Source: a virus. From it: a stretch of DNA of 64,000 bases. Below the pieces are notes generated by a model. It saw only the letters and a program-made list of their open reading frames with translations, was not told the DNA's origin and made no database searches. The position numbers and the translations under genes are program-made. Positions 36,665 through 45,603 of the stretch are shown in pieces (within the stretch, counting starts at the first letter, position 1; each line of letters begins with the position of its first letter). The stretch lies in the IMG/VR virus record IMGVR_UViG_3300046003_007336, positions 134,513 to 198,512 of that record; one strand, 5' to 3'.

Positions 36665-37146
36665 TTGAAACTCTCGTGAACAAGATTGCGGTGGTTCTTG
36701 AGGAAAACAACCTTCTCCTTGATAAGTTCATCCTTCCGGCGCGTGAAAGAAGCCAGTTGGTTCGCTTGGTCCCAGTCACCCATTTGTCTGAGTTCACCCA
36801 AAGACAGCCCCGAGGGTCCGGCTGCGAGAAGAAACTCTAGCATCCTGCGCTTGTCATAATTCCGCCGCTGTTTCTCGGGTTTCTCGGCGGCCAGGGCGAC
36901 GCGGATGCGAGCAGTAGCATCCTTCACCGCACTCCGATACCGGTTCACATCCTCATTGGCCCGTCTGAGTTCAGACCTGGACGAAAATGGGTCGTCGGCT
37001 TCGTCGTTGGTGAATTTGAGACTACCGACGTCGATACCGTCAGCGACAAGCATGCTCTTGAACTTATCGAGGAACGCGAGGCGTTCTTTCGGTTCTTCGG
37101 AAGACAACGCCACTTTCAGCATGTGGGTTAGCTGCTTCTCACTCAC
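36661..37146 (-). CDS. hypothetical protein
   Basis: 161 aa; overlapping. Confidence 0.6.
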   Translation of the reverse strand: MSEKQLTHMLKVALSSEEPKERLAFLDKFKSMLVADGIDVGSLKFTNDEADDPFSSRSELRRANEDVNRYRSAVKDATARIRVALAAEKPEKQRRNYDKRRMLEFLLAAGPSGLSLGELRQMGDWDQANQLASFTRRKDELIKEKVVFLKNHRNLVHESFK

Positions 37147-37838
37147 TGGGACGCATGCTGATGAACAGTTGAATTCACCACCCCCTGAATCATTTTCTGG
37201 AACTCGGGGTCAGCGAGAAAATCGGCTCTCGCGATCTGGAGTTGGCTGTTGAGGCTGGTCACTTGCGATTCAAGTTCGATGCGTTGGCGGAGATTGAAAA
37301 TCTCCCGCTTCGAATCGGCGAAGAACTGCTTTTTTCCCTTGTAGGCCAAGGACTTGAGCCACGCCTCAGACTCGTCGTTATCCCGCTCACCGAGTTCGAT
37401 ACGGAGCTTTTTAATCTCGCGTATTTCGGGGTTTCGGTAGGCGAAATCGAAGGGAAGAAACAGTTTGTCCGCTCGTGCCTTGGCGAACTCGTACTTGACC
37501 GCATCTGGATTTTTTTCGTTCACCGAAATGACCGCCCAGGTCTCCGGTCGGCCGGGCTTGGTTGCGGATTTGCTCGGAGCCACCTGTCCGTTCAAGAGAA
37601 GATTGTTAAACTTCCCTCCCATTTTGATAAGGCCGCGCGCCGCCGATATCAGGGCTCGTAGCTCCCACATGTATACGGGGTTTTGGGACATGACCGCGTC
37701 GAAAAGAGTTACCTTTTTCTTCCCGAGAGTGTCGAAATACGCGTCCATGCGATCTCGGGCAGAGGACAACGCGGGTGGTTCGCCAAGGGTGGACGACGAG
37801 ACTACGAGTTTCATGGGGTTCCTTTCGGCAATGTTCAC
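37143..37838 (-). CDS. hypothetical protein
   Basis: 231 aa. Confidence 0.6.
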   Translation of the reverse strand: MNIAERNPMKLVVSSSTLGEPPALSSARDRMDAYFDTLGKKKVTLFDAVMSQNPVYMWELRALISAARGLIKMGGKFNNLLLNGQVAPSKSATKPGRPETWAVISVNEKNPDAVKYEFAKARADKLFLPFDFAYRNPEIREIKKLRIELGERDNDESEAWLKSLAYKGKKQFFADSKREIFNLRQRIELESQVTSLNSQLQIARADFLADPEFQKMIQGVVNSTVHQHASQ

Positions 37839-37894
37839 CGCGTAGGCTCATCCCATGAAGGGGTCAATTAAAAAAATGGAGCCCTGGCGTTTTT

Positions 37895-38824
37895 TTAATT
37901 CCCCCGCATCGCCTTCAGCATCTGCTGTGCCACGGCTCTGATCATCGGCACCGGAACCGCATTGCCGGTCTGCTTTCTGATCTCGCGAGCCGACACCACG
38001 ATCTTGAAATCGGCCGGGAAGCCTTGGAAGGCCAGGAGTTCACGCGAGGACGGTAGCCGGACCCCGTTGACCAGAATGTAGTTGTGGCTGCCCTCGCGGC
38101 GCAGCGCGACGCTGTAGGGAAGGGCAGAGACCAACCCGGCCTTGTTCTCGTGCCAGATGGCCGGGAAGGGGGGCTGGACAGCCTTGGCCAGCATGCTGGC
38201 GGCTCGCTTGTCGCGGATGTATTGGCTGGCCAGCAGGCTGGCGTCCTGGTCCGCGCCGGGTTCGAGGAAGTCGGCCAGATTGGCGCGCGTCAGGTTCACC
38301 TCCGGCCACTCGAACGGGACGTCAGTGCGGAAGCCGACGATGATGGTCCGCTCGCGCTTCTGCGGCAGGCCGAAGTCCAGTGCATTGAGGATGCGGGTGT
38401 GGACTCGGTAGCCCAACCCCTGAAGGGTCTGTTCGATCACCGCGTAAGTGTTGCCGCCGTCGTGGGCCTTCAGGTTCTTGACGTTTTCGAGCAGGAATGC
38501 GGCTGGCTTCTTCTCATCCAGGATGCGAGCGATGTCGAAGAAGAGCGTCCCCTTCGTGGTGTCCTGAAATCCGAGGCGTTTGCCCGCCACGCTGAAGGCC
38601 TGACACGGAAATCCACCGAGGAGGATGTCGTGATCGGGGATGTCACGAGCATCAATCGCAGTGATATCGCCGGACGGGCGGTGGCCGTAGTTGGCCTCAT
38701 AGGAATCACACGCCTTGGCGTCGATCTCCGAGGAGAATACGCACTCACCGCCGAGTTCATCGAACGGTATCTTGATGCCACCGATACCCGCGAAGAGGTC
38801 GATGAACTTAAAGGTTTCAAACAT
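37895..38824 (-). CDS. dcm: DNA (cytosine-5)-methyltransferase
   Basis: DLFAGIGG, GGFPCQAFS, ENVKNL, QKRER, GNAVPV motifs. Confidence 0.95.
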   Translation of the reverse strand: MFETFKFIDLFAGIGGIKIPFDELGGECVFSSEIDAKACDSYEANYGHRPSGDITAIDARDIPDHDILLGGFPCQAFSVAGKRLGFQDTTKGTLFFDIARILDEKKPAAFLLENVKNLKAHDGGNTYAVIEQTLQGLGYRVHTRILNALDFGLPQKRERTIIVGFRTDVPFEWPEVNLTRANLADFLEPGADQDASLLASQYIRDKRAASMLAKAVQPPFPAIWHENKAGLVSALPYSVALRREGSHNYILVNGVRLPSSRELLAFQGFPADFKIVVSAREIRKQTGNAVPVPMIRAVAQQMLKAMRGN

Positions 38825-38855
38825 TCAGAAGTATACCGGCTAGTATAGAGGTGGT

Positions 38856-39647
38856 TCAATATTCGTCGAAGGTGCCGACGACTTTGCTCATGACGCTCAG
38901 AATATGAGATTTCGTCACGTTCTTGATGCGCAAGCAGTCCTGCATCTCGCGCATTACTTCGTCTGATATGAAGCCCACCTTGCCTGCACTGCGGAGGTGG
39001 AAGACCATGTGATCTTCCGGGATTCGGCAGATCAGTTCGGTCTTGGAGTGGCTCGTGTAGGAGATGATCTTCTCATCAGTCTCCGCGTCTGAAATCCACA
39101 GGTTGTTCGTGGTCCGGTCGCCGATGTCCTTGGTCACCCACTCGGCCTTCATGGGGCGGCGGAGATGCTTGAGGAGATGCTCGCCACTCTCGTTCCAGAC
39201 AGCGACCTTCTCATTGGAGTAGATCATCGTCGAAATGCCGAACTCGCCGCCGCATTCTTCCATGACCTCGTCGAGTTCGTGGAAGAGGTCGTCCATGATT
39301 TTCTGCATGGCGATCTCTGGCGGAGTCTCTTGCGTGAGCCCGGCCGACCGCCTCGTCAGCACAATCTGGAAATGCCGCCCCGGCGCGATGCGGTCGGGCT
39401 TGGCGCCCTGGCATTTCAGTTCCGTGATGGAGGTGATGTTACCCCTGCGGTCGCGACAGACGACATCGCGGAAGGTCCGCTTCGACTTCGTGTTCTTGGG
39501 GGTGAAGTTGTGCGCCGGGTAGCCGTGCGCCTCGCGGAACATCTGCTCGTGAGTGGGGCCGTTGATCACCAGCCTGCCGTTGTTCTCCGAGTAGTTCCGG
39601 TTCAGTAGTATTTCGAAATTCGAAATCGCTTGAGGGGTAGTGAGCAT
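38856..39647 (-). CDS. hypothetical protein, possible type II restriction endonuclease
   Basis: RDVV...ITELK PD-(D/E)xK-like spacing; directly upstream of the C5 methyltransferase. Confidence 0.4.
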   Translation of the reverse strand: MLTTPQAISNFEILLNRNYSENNGRLVINGPTHEQMFREAHGYPAHNFTPKNTKSKRTFRDVVCRDRRGNITSITELKCQGAKPDRIAPGRHFQIVLTRRSAGLTQETPPEIAMQKIMDDLFHELDEVMEECGGEFGISTMIYSNEKVAVWNESGEHLLKHLRRPMKAEWVTKDIGDRTTNNLWISDAETDEKIISYTSHSKTELICRIPEDHMVFHLRSAGKVGFISDEVMREMQDCLRIKNVTKSHILSVMSKVVGTFDEY

Positions 39648-39721
39648 GGTCTCCGTGACTGCTTTGACAATACGGAGACCATACCCTTTACTTATTGGTG
39701 ACTACAAATTACTTCGCCGTC

Positions 39722-40582
39722 TTAGTATTCGTCGTCCATCGTTTCTTCGGTGATGGACGCAGATTTTGCCTTACGGCCGGGCTTGGCCGGGGCCGGGGTC
39801 ATCGGAGCCTGATGGGCGAACTTCGCGCCCAGTTCGTCTTCGATCTGTCGGGTATAGGACGGAGCCGCACCTGCCATGATGAGAATGTCGTCGCGGATAA
39901 GCTGCGTGCGCTTCTCGACATTGGCGACCCGTAGGAAGCAGTTCCGAACGGTGGTGGTGTAGAACGCGAACGGGTTGTCGCCCTTGGCCTCGTTGAACTG
40001 GAGGCCGACCTGGGAGAGTTGCAGGAGGGCGTTGGAACGCATCTCGTCAACGTAGGAATATCCCCGCCAGTTGTTGCGACGCGAATACCGGTCGGCAAGC
40101 ATCATGAACATCTGTGCGAGACGGTTGGAGATTCGACCCCGTTCGGGCGCGAAACCATCTCCGTCAAGGGGGCCCTTCCAATGAGAGCGACCGACCTCGA
40201 CCGCCACGCCGTCACGGAGGACATAGTGGGAGAAAGGCGGGAAGTTGACGCGGAGGTGACCCTGGCCATCGACGCTGCGCGAACGACGTTTCTTGTCATC
40301 GCAGAGCGGGACGTGGGCGTGCGTCATGACGCGGAAGACAACATCTTCGACGTTGGTCAGTTGCTCGACGACGGCGTTACCGCGCCGTGGCTTCGAGTTC
40401 CTTTTGACCATGACGCGTTCAGCGAACTCCTCGGTGACCTTGCCAACGCCATCGACGATTGCATGATACTCGGAGAACTTCGGGTCCACGAACTCGCAGT
40501 AGGAGTTCTTGGAACGGTGAATCTCCAGTAGGAGTTCTTTATTCGTGATGTAGTTTAGCTTTTTGGGGGGAGTTGGGGTCAT
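39722..40582 (-). CDS. late transcription sigma factor (T4 gp55-like)
   Basis: YITNKELL.EI, YS...NWRGYSY.DEM, FN.....NPFAFYT...NCF.R. Confidence 0.85.
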   Translation of the reverse strand: MTPTPPKKLNYITNKELLLEIHRSKNSYCEFVDPKFSEYHAIVDGVGKVTEEFAERVMVKRNSKPRRGNAVVEQLTNVEDVVFRVMTHAHVPLCDDKKRRSRSVDGQGHLRVNFPPFSHYVLRDGVAVEVGRSHWKGPLDGDGFAPERGRISNRLAQMFMMLADRYSRRNNWRGYSYVDEMRSNALLQLSQVGLQFNEAKGDNPFAFYTTTVRNCFLRVANVEKRTQLIRDDILIMAGAAPSYTRQIEDELGAKFAHQAPMTPAPAKPGRKAKSASITEETMDDEY

Positions 40583-40709
40583 GAATTCCTAGTTGGGGGA
40601 ACGATTTATCCAGTATAGCGTTCCGGGTTTACTTGGGCTATATATACTTGTAAAATAACAGTAATCTCTGGACTTTACTCCTCCGATAAATATCGGAAAC
40701 GGAGTTGCT

Positions 40710-41744
40710 ATGTCTGATACACTATTCGGAGAAGAATATATTTCGTTCGGCCAGCCCGGATATGCGGCGCAGCAAGAACGATTTCGGAGCGCGAGCAACG
40801 CCGAAGCTGTGCGGGCGGCGACTGATCGCTTCAGTGCCGCGCAGGCGACAAGCGAAGCACGTCTGAACGCCAACCTCGCGGCGATTAACGGAGCCAGCAC
40901 TCCAGATCAGTTCGGCGCCATTCTGAACCGCCTCGGTAGCGGCGGCGGAGCCACGGTGTCTCCTGGCGCGATGTCCTCAAGCGGTGGTGCGGCAGCAGCA
41001 GGCGGCGCGGCGGCAGTGGTTCCCGGAGGCGCCGTGGGCACCTACAACGCCGATGGTTCCTATAACCTCGAAGACGTAGAGGTTACCGGCGAGCGAGTTC
41101 GTCAAGTCCAGATGTCAGATGATCGGCGTGTTCGCCTCAAGGCCATCGTGGGGCAAGAAGAGAACGTCTATGGACCGAACGAGCCCGAGAACCTTCTCTC
41201 TATCCTGCACAGCACGGGCGGGATGCTGTTCCCCTATACGCCCACCATCTCGGTGAGCCAGGACGTCGATTACCGGTCTGCCGACCTCACCCATACCAAC
41301 ATGGACATCATGTCCTATAGCCGGACGCCAAGCGTGACGTTGTCTGTCACGGGTCGGTTCTCGGTGCAGAACCAGCGCGAAGGCCGTTATGCTCTGGCCG
41401 TGCTGCATTTCCTCCGCGTTGTTTCGAAGATGCATTTCGGCGAGATCGATGCCGAAGAAGGCAAGGCCGGGCTGCCGCCTCCCGTTCTGTGCTTCGACGG
41501 ATACGGGAACTACATGTTCAACAATCTTCAGTGTGTGCTGAAATCCCACAACTACACATTCGATGACACGGTCGATTACGTGGACATCAAGGGCCTGAAC
41601 ACGATCACCCGCGTCCCGTCTCTGTTCACGCTCGCGATAACTCTGACCGTCACCCGCTCACCACAGTCCCAGCGAAGCGAATTCAACATGACCGACTTTA
41701 GGTCCGGCCGCCTCATGCGCGGCGGAAACAAGGGGTGGATTTAA
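40710..41744 (+). CDS. baseplate/tail-tube initiator-like structural protein
   Basis: LFPYTPTI, H.N....SY..TPS, PPPVL.FDGYG; late promoter at 40687. Confidence 0.65.
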   Translation: MSDTLFGEEYISFGQPGYAAQQERFRSASNAEAVRAATDRFSAAQATSEARLNANLAAINGASTPDQFGAILNRLGSGGGATVSPGAMSSSGGAAAAGGAAAVVPGGAVGTYNADGSYNLEDVEVTGERVRQVQMSDDRRVRLKAIVGQEENVYGPNEPENLLSILHSTGGMLFPYTPTISVSQDVDYRSADLTHTNMDIMSYSRTPSVTLSVTGRFSVQNQREGRYALAVLHFLRVVSKMHFGEIDAEEGKAGLPPPVLCFDGYGNYMFNNLQCVLKSHNYTFDDTVDYVDIKGLNTITRVPSLFTLAITLTVTRSPQSQRSEFNMTDFRSGRLMRGGNKGWI

Positions 41745-42052
41745 TGTCCAAGATCAACTACGCACCATCATCGCCATATGCGAGCACTGCACAAACTTCG
41801 TGGCATATTGGTCGCTATAAGCATCGCCGCATTGTCGCGCACCGCGATGATCGCATCTATGTAGTCAAGACCGGAGAAGAATACCGCCCTGACAAGCTCG
41901 CGTTGGCTCTTTACGGCAGCGAAGCCTATTGGTGGGTGTTCATGGTCAGAAACATCAAAGTAATCCGCGATCCTATTTGGGATTTCAAGGCCGGTCTCAG
42001 TATAATGGTGCCTTCGGCGGCGCATCTGAAGTCTGCCTTGGGAGCAAAATGA
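41744..42052 (+). CDS. baseplate wedge subunit (gp53/LysM-like)
   Basis: YRPDKLA..LYG....WWVF..RN. Confidence 0.8.
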   Translation: MSKINYAPSSPYASTAQTSWHIGRYKHRRIVAHRDDRIYVVKTGEEYRPDKLALALYGSEAYWWVFMVRNIKVIRDPIWDFKAGLSIMVPSAAHLKSALGAK

Positions 42053-45036
42053 GCGGACCAATGAGAAGGACGCCTGCTGGAACGGCGGCGCCGGTCAACA
42101 GCGGAGAGATGCTCCAAGATAGAGCCGTTACCGGGCCCGTTGATCGCGAGGCTCTGGCGGCTCTCGCTCGTCCACCAACGCCTGAAGAAACTGCCGCCTA
42201 CGATGCTCGTCGCGCGGCAACGGAACAAGACGCCCAGCCCGCGCCGGAGCGCGCCGTCATCACTGACGAGCGGGCCTATGCGATTCAGGACGAGCTTGCC
42301 GCTGACGACGAGTGGTACAAGCCCAATCCGCTGAACCGATATCTGAATGCCGCCTATCATTTCCGCTTCTGCATGGCGTCAGACTCTGATTTCCTGTCGG
42401 CCCAGAACGGTGGCGGTAGCCTGATCGACGCCTATGATGACGTGGCAAAGGTCGTCCTGGCCGAGAGCGGCGTCACGGCAGGCTTCAACATCAAAGAAGT
42501 TCGCATCCAGCAAAAAGTCGGAATCGTTTCTCCCGAGCAGATGCAGAATGGTGTGGCCAAGTTCGACATCACCATCATCGAGAACCTGGGCACATCATTC
42601 TTGGAAAAAATGAAGAATGCTGCGTTGAAGCTCCGCATCAAAAACATCCGCGAATGCCCGTACTTCCTCGAACTCTACTTCATGGGATACGACGAAGACG
42701 GTGCCCCCGTAACGAACTTGCTCGCCGACGACGACCTCGGCCAAGGCGGTCGCTGGGTGTATTCGCTTGGCGTGTCGAAGATCAAGACCGCCTTCGAATC
42801 GCAAGGCTCGGAATATCAAATCGAAGCCCGCCCGTTCTCCAGCATCACGGCCAACTCCGAGGCAGGCCGCATCTCCGACATGATCACCATCAAGGGTCGC
42901 ACGGTCGGTGAGATGCTGACAAGCCTCGCCGAGGCCCTCTCGACCGCGCAAGACGAACGCCACGGTTTCCCGCTGGTTACTTACAAGTTCACCACGCACC
43001 CGATCACCAACTATGAGGGCGAAGACCTTTCGACGTTCTCCATCGCGCCGCCCGACCCGGAACTCAATGACGCCTCAAACCTCACCATGGATGAGTCCGG
43101 TATACCCACTATCCAGATCAGAGGCGGGACCATCGCCGGAGCCGTAAACACCATCCTGGCCAGTTCGGCTCGTGTGCAGGAACTGGCCAAGAACATCCCC
43201 ACGACCTCAGAGGTCGATACGTCTGAAGAACAATCGACAGAGAGCCGGGTCCGCGAATCCATCGTGTTCCAGATCGAACCAGAGGTCGTCAACGGCGAGT
43301 TCGACCACGTAAGCGGAAAATATGCCTCCGAGGTCAACGTTCACATTCATGGCCTCTATACGCAGTCCCCCATTGTCTCTCGCCAACAGGTGGAAGACGC
43401 GAAGGACCCAGCCGTTCAGGCACAGATGATCACCAAGTTGAGAGAGAACGGGTTGCTGCACAAGCGATACGATTATCTCTTCACGGGCAAGAACACCGAA
43501 GTCATCAACGTGGATACCAACTTCGAGTTCGCGTGGTCTGCTGTTTTGCCGCTCGTCTACGGTCACCGCATGACCAATGAATCTGTCACCACGCATGCTC
43601 GTTTCAACGAGAACGTCATGGTCGCGCGCGGTTTCCAAGCAGAACTTACCGCTCTGCGAGATCAAATCCGCGAGGCCAACTTGCGTCTCGCCACGGCGCA
43701 GGAAGAACTCGCAGAACTCGACTCCGAAGACGACGGATACGAGGCCAAGAATGCCGAGGTCGCCGCGATCAGCGCAGAGCGGAATACCCTTCAGGCACAA
43801 TCGGACGCCAAGAACGAGCAGCTATCCAACAGTCGTATCGCTGTTCGGGATACCGCACCAGAGCAGGACAGCCTACCGAGTGGAACAATTTTCTACGCGG
43901 AAGACCTCGACGAGGTCTCTCAAGAAGACCAGATGCTCGCTATCTCGTTCAGTCAGCAAGACACCCGTGCGGCCACCGGAGAGGGAGCCTCGGCGCCCTA
44001 CCATCGTGACCGAGGTCTCTACGGAGCCATTCTGGACCAACTCTATACCGGACAGATGCTCAGCATCGACCTGGAGATCAGAGGTGACCCATTCTGGCTC
44101 GGACAGTCCGACATCGAGCGCAGAGAGGCCAACGCGGCATCTGCGACCGCGCGCGCTGCCGGGACGCCTGCACCGGCTGCTACATCAGCGGCGGCCGATT
44201 TCTTCAAGGGCGAGAACACCATCCTGTTCACCATGGCATTCCCGTTCACGGTGGATGACGACGGTGGCGTGATCATGCGCGAAAACGACGCTGGGTCTCG
44301 CAAGGATTTGTTCGACGGTTTCTACACCGTGGCTGGTGTTGAGCACATCTTCGAAGGAGGGCAGTTCCGCCAGACTCTGGACTGCAAACGCCTTCCCCTG
44401 ATCGCCATCCTGAACTCTCAGGGCCTCCAGAGTGAGAACCAAGCCCAGTTCGACGCCGCTCAGGGTAACGCTCCTCCTGGAGATACGGGAGCCCCGTCTG
44501 ACCTCGCCAACGCGGGTGCTGCGGCTCCTGCCGCAACCGGAACGACTGCACAGAATATGACCATCATGTATGATCAACTTCGCAGAAACGGCTATACGGA
44601 GGAAGGAGCAAAAACGATGGTGGCCCAGATCGGTCGCGAGAATGGTTTCCAACCCGACATCATGTTTGGAAGTCACGACGACCCCTACAACCGGGCTCGC
44701 AACAGCGGCATCATGTCTTGGCAGGGGGAGAGAGCCGATGCCGTTCGGGCCTACATGCAGCAGCGCGGCTTCGTCAATCGAGACGGTACGTTCTCGCGTA
44801 GCGAAGCGGCTCTGCGGGCTCAGGTGGACTTCATGCACCAGGAGCTACAAACGGCACCTTATCGACGTTCTTACAACGCCATGCGGGCTCCTGGCGGAAC
44901 CTATCAAACCATCGAAAGCGTGGTTGGCGACAACTACGTGCGGTGGAGACGAACCGACCCCGTCTACAGCGCGAACGGTTATCGGAACCAGAATAGGGCT
45001 TACAACCAAATCAACCAACTGGTTGGCGGAACCTAG
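42049..45036 (+). CDS. baseplate hub-like protein with C-terminal phage tail lysozyme domain
   Basis: I.GDPFWL, GFY.V..VEH.F.GGQF.Q.L; C-terminal IGRENGF.P, GI.SW.G.R, QVDF..QEL. Confidence 0.75.
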   Translation: MSGPMRRTPAGTAAPVNSGEMLQDRAVTGPVDREALAALARPPTPEETAAYDARRAATEQDAQPAPERAVITDERAYAIQDELAADDEWYKPNPLNRYLNAAYHFRFCMASDSDFLSAQNGGGSLIDAYDDVAKVVLAESGVTAGFNIKEVRIQQKVGIVSPEQMQNGVAKFDITIIENLGTSFLEKMKNAALKLRIKNIRECPYFLELYFMGYDEDGAPVTNLLADDDLGQGGRWVYSLGVSKIKTAFESQGSEYQIEARPFSSITANSEAGRISDMITIKGRTVGEMLTSLAEALSTAQDERHGFPLVTYKFTTHPITNYEGEDLSTFSIAPPDPELNDASNLTMDESGIPTIQIRGGTIAGAVNTILASSARVQELAKNIPTTSEVDTSEEQSTESRVRESIVFQIEPEVVNGEFDHVSGKYASEVNVHIHGLYTQSPIVSRQQVEDAKDPAVQAQMITKLRENGLLHKRYDYLFTGKNTEVINVDTNFEFAWSAVLPLVYGHRMTNESVTTHARFNENVMVARGFQAELTALRDQIREANLRLATAQEELAELDSEDDGYEAKNAEVAAISAERNTLQAQSDAKNEQLSNSRIAVRDTAPEQDSLPSGTIFYAEDLDEVSQEDQMLAISFSQQDTRAATGEGASAPYHRDRGLYGAILDQLYTGQMLSIDLEIRGDPFWLGQSDIERREANAASATARAAGTPAPAATSAAADFFKGENTILFTMAFPFTVDDDGGVIMRENDAGSRKDLFDGFYTVAGVEHIFEGGQFRQTLDCKRLPLIAILNSQGLQSENQAQFDAAQGNAPPGDTGAPSDLANAGAAAPAATGTTAQNMTIMYDQLRRNGYTEEGAKTMVAQIGRENGFQPDIMFGSHDDPYNRARNSGIMSWQGERADAVRAYMQQRGFVNRDGTFSRSEAALRAQVDFMHQELQTAPYRRSYNAMRAPGGTYQTIESVVGDNYVRWRRTDPVYSANGYRNQNRAYNQINQLVGGT

Positions 45037-45554
45037 TTGTAGGCTGCCCGCCAACGACGGTAGGTGGCTTCGTTGCACCACGAATTCTGGAAGGCTTCAC
45101 GGGCGCCCCGCGTGCCAACGCGGATGCCTTCCCATTCGCCGCTGGTTTCTCGAACGCCGATCACAACCGACTCGGCTCGCGAGATGGCGCGAATGGCGTC
45201 GCCGCCTTCGCCGCGCCACGGGTTCATTTGCAGTCCTCGCGCCGTCAGCCCCGAGGATGAGAAATCATATTCTTCGATGCGGGACTGGGTCCTGAACAAC
45301 GACTGGCTCAGGTTGGTGGTGCCCGCGTAGGCGGACAGGCCCATGTAGGACGGGAGGCGAACGTTCGTCCTGACATTCTTCACGATGACGGAGAAGCGCG
45401 GGTTCGCATCCGAGCCATCACACTCGAAACTGATCTCGACGCCGTTTCGAGTCGTGACCCAGACATCGGCCTCCCCATTGGAACGCCAGACTTCATCGCC
45501 AGCCAGGGCGGGCGTCGCGAGCAGGGCCATCAAGGCAATAAGAGCGATTTTCAT
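45033..45554 (-). CDS. secreted/periplasmic hypothetical protein
   Basis: Signal peptide MKIALIALMALLATPALA; own TTGACA promoter. Confidence 0.75.
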   Translation of the reverse strand: MKIALIALMALLATPALAGDEVWRSNGEADVWVTTRNGVEISFECDGSDANPRFSVIVKNVRTNVRLPSYMGLSAYAGTTNLSQSLFRTQSRIEEYDFSSSGLTARGLQMNPWRGEGGDAIRAISRAESVVIGVRETSGEWEGIRVGTRGAREAFQNSWCNEATYRRWRAAYN

Positions 45555-45603
45555 GTCTTGATGATGTATTAAGTCCGGCTTTTGTCAAGCCATAAATATC
45601 AGC

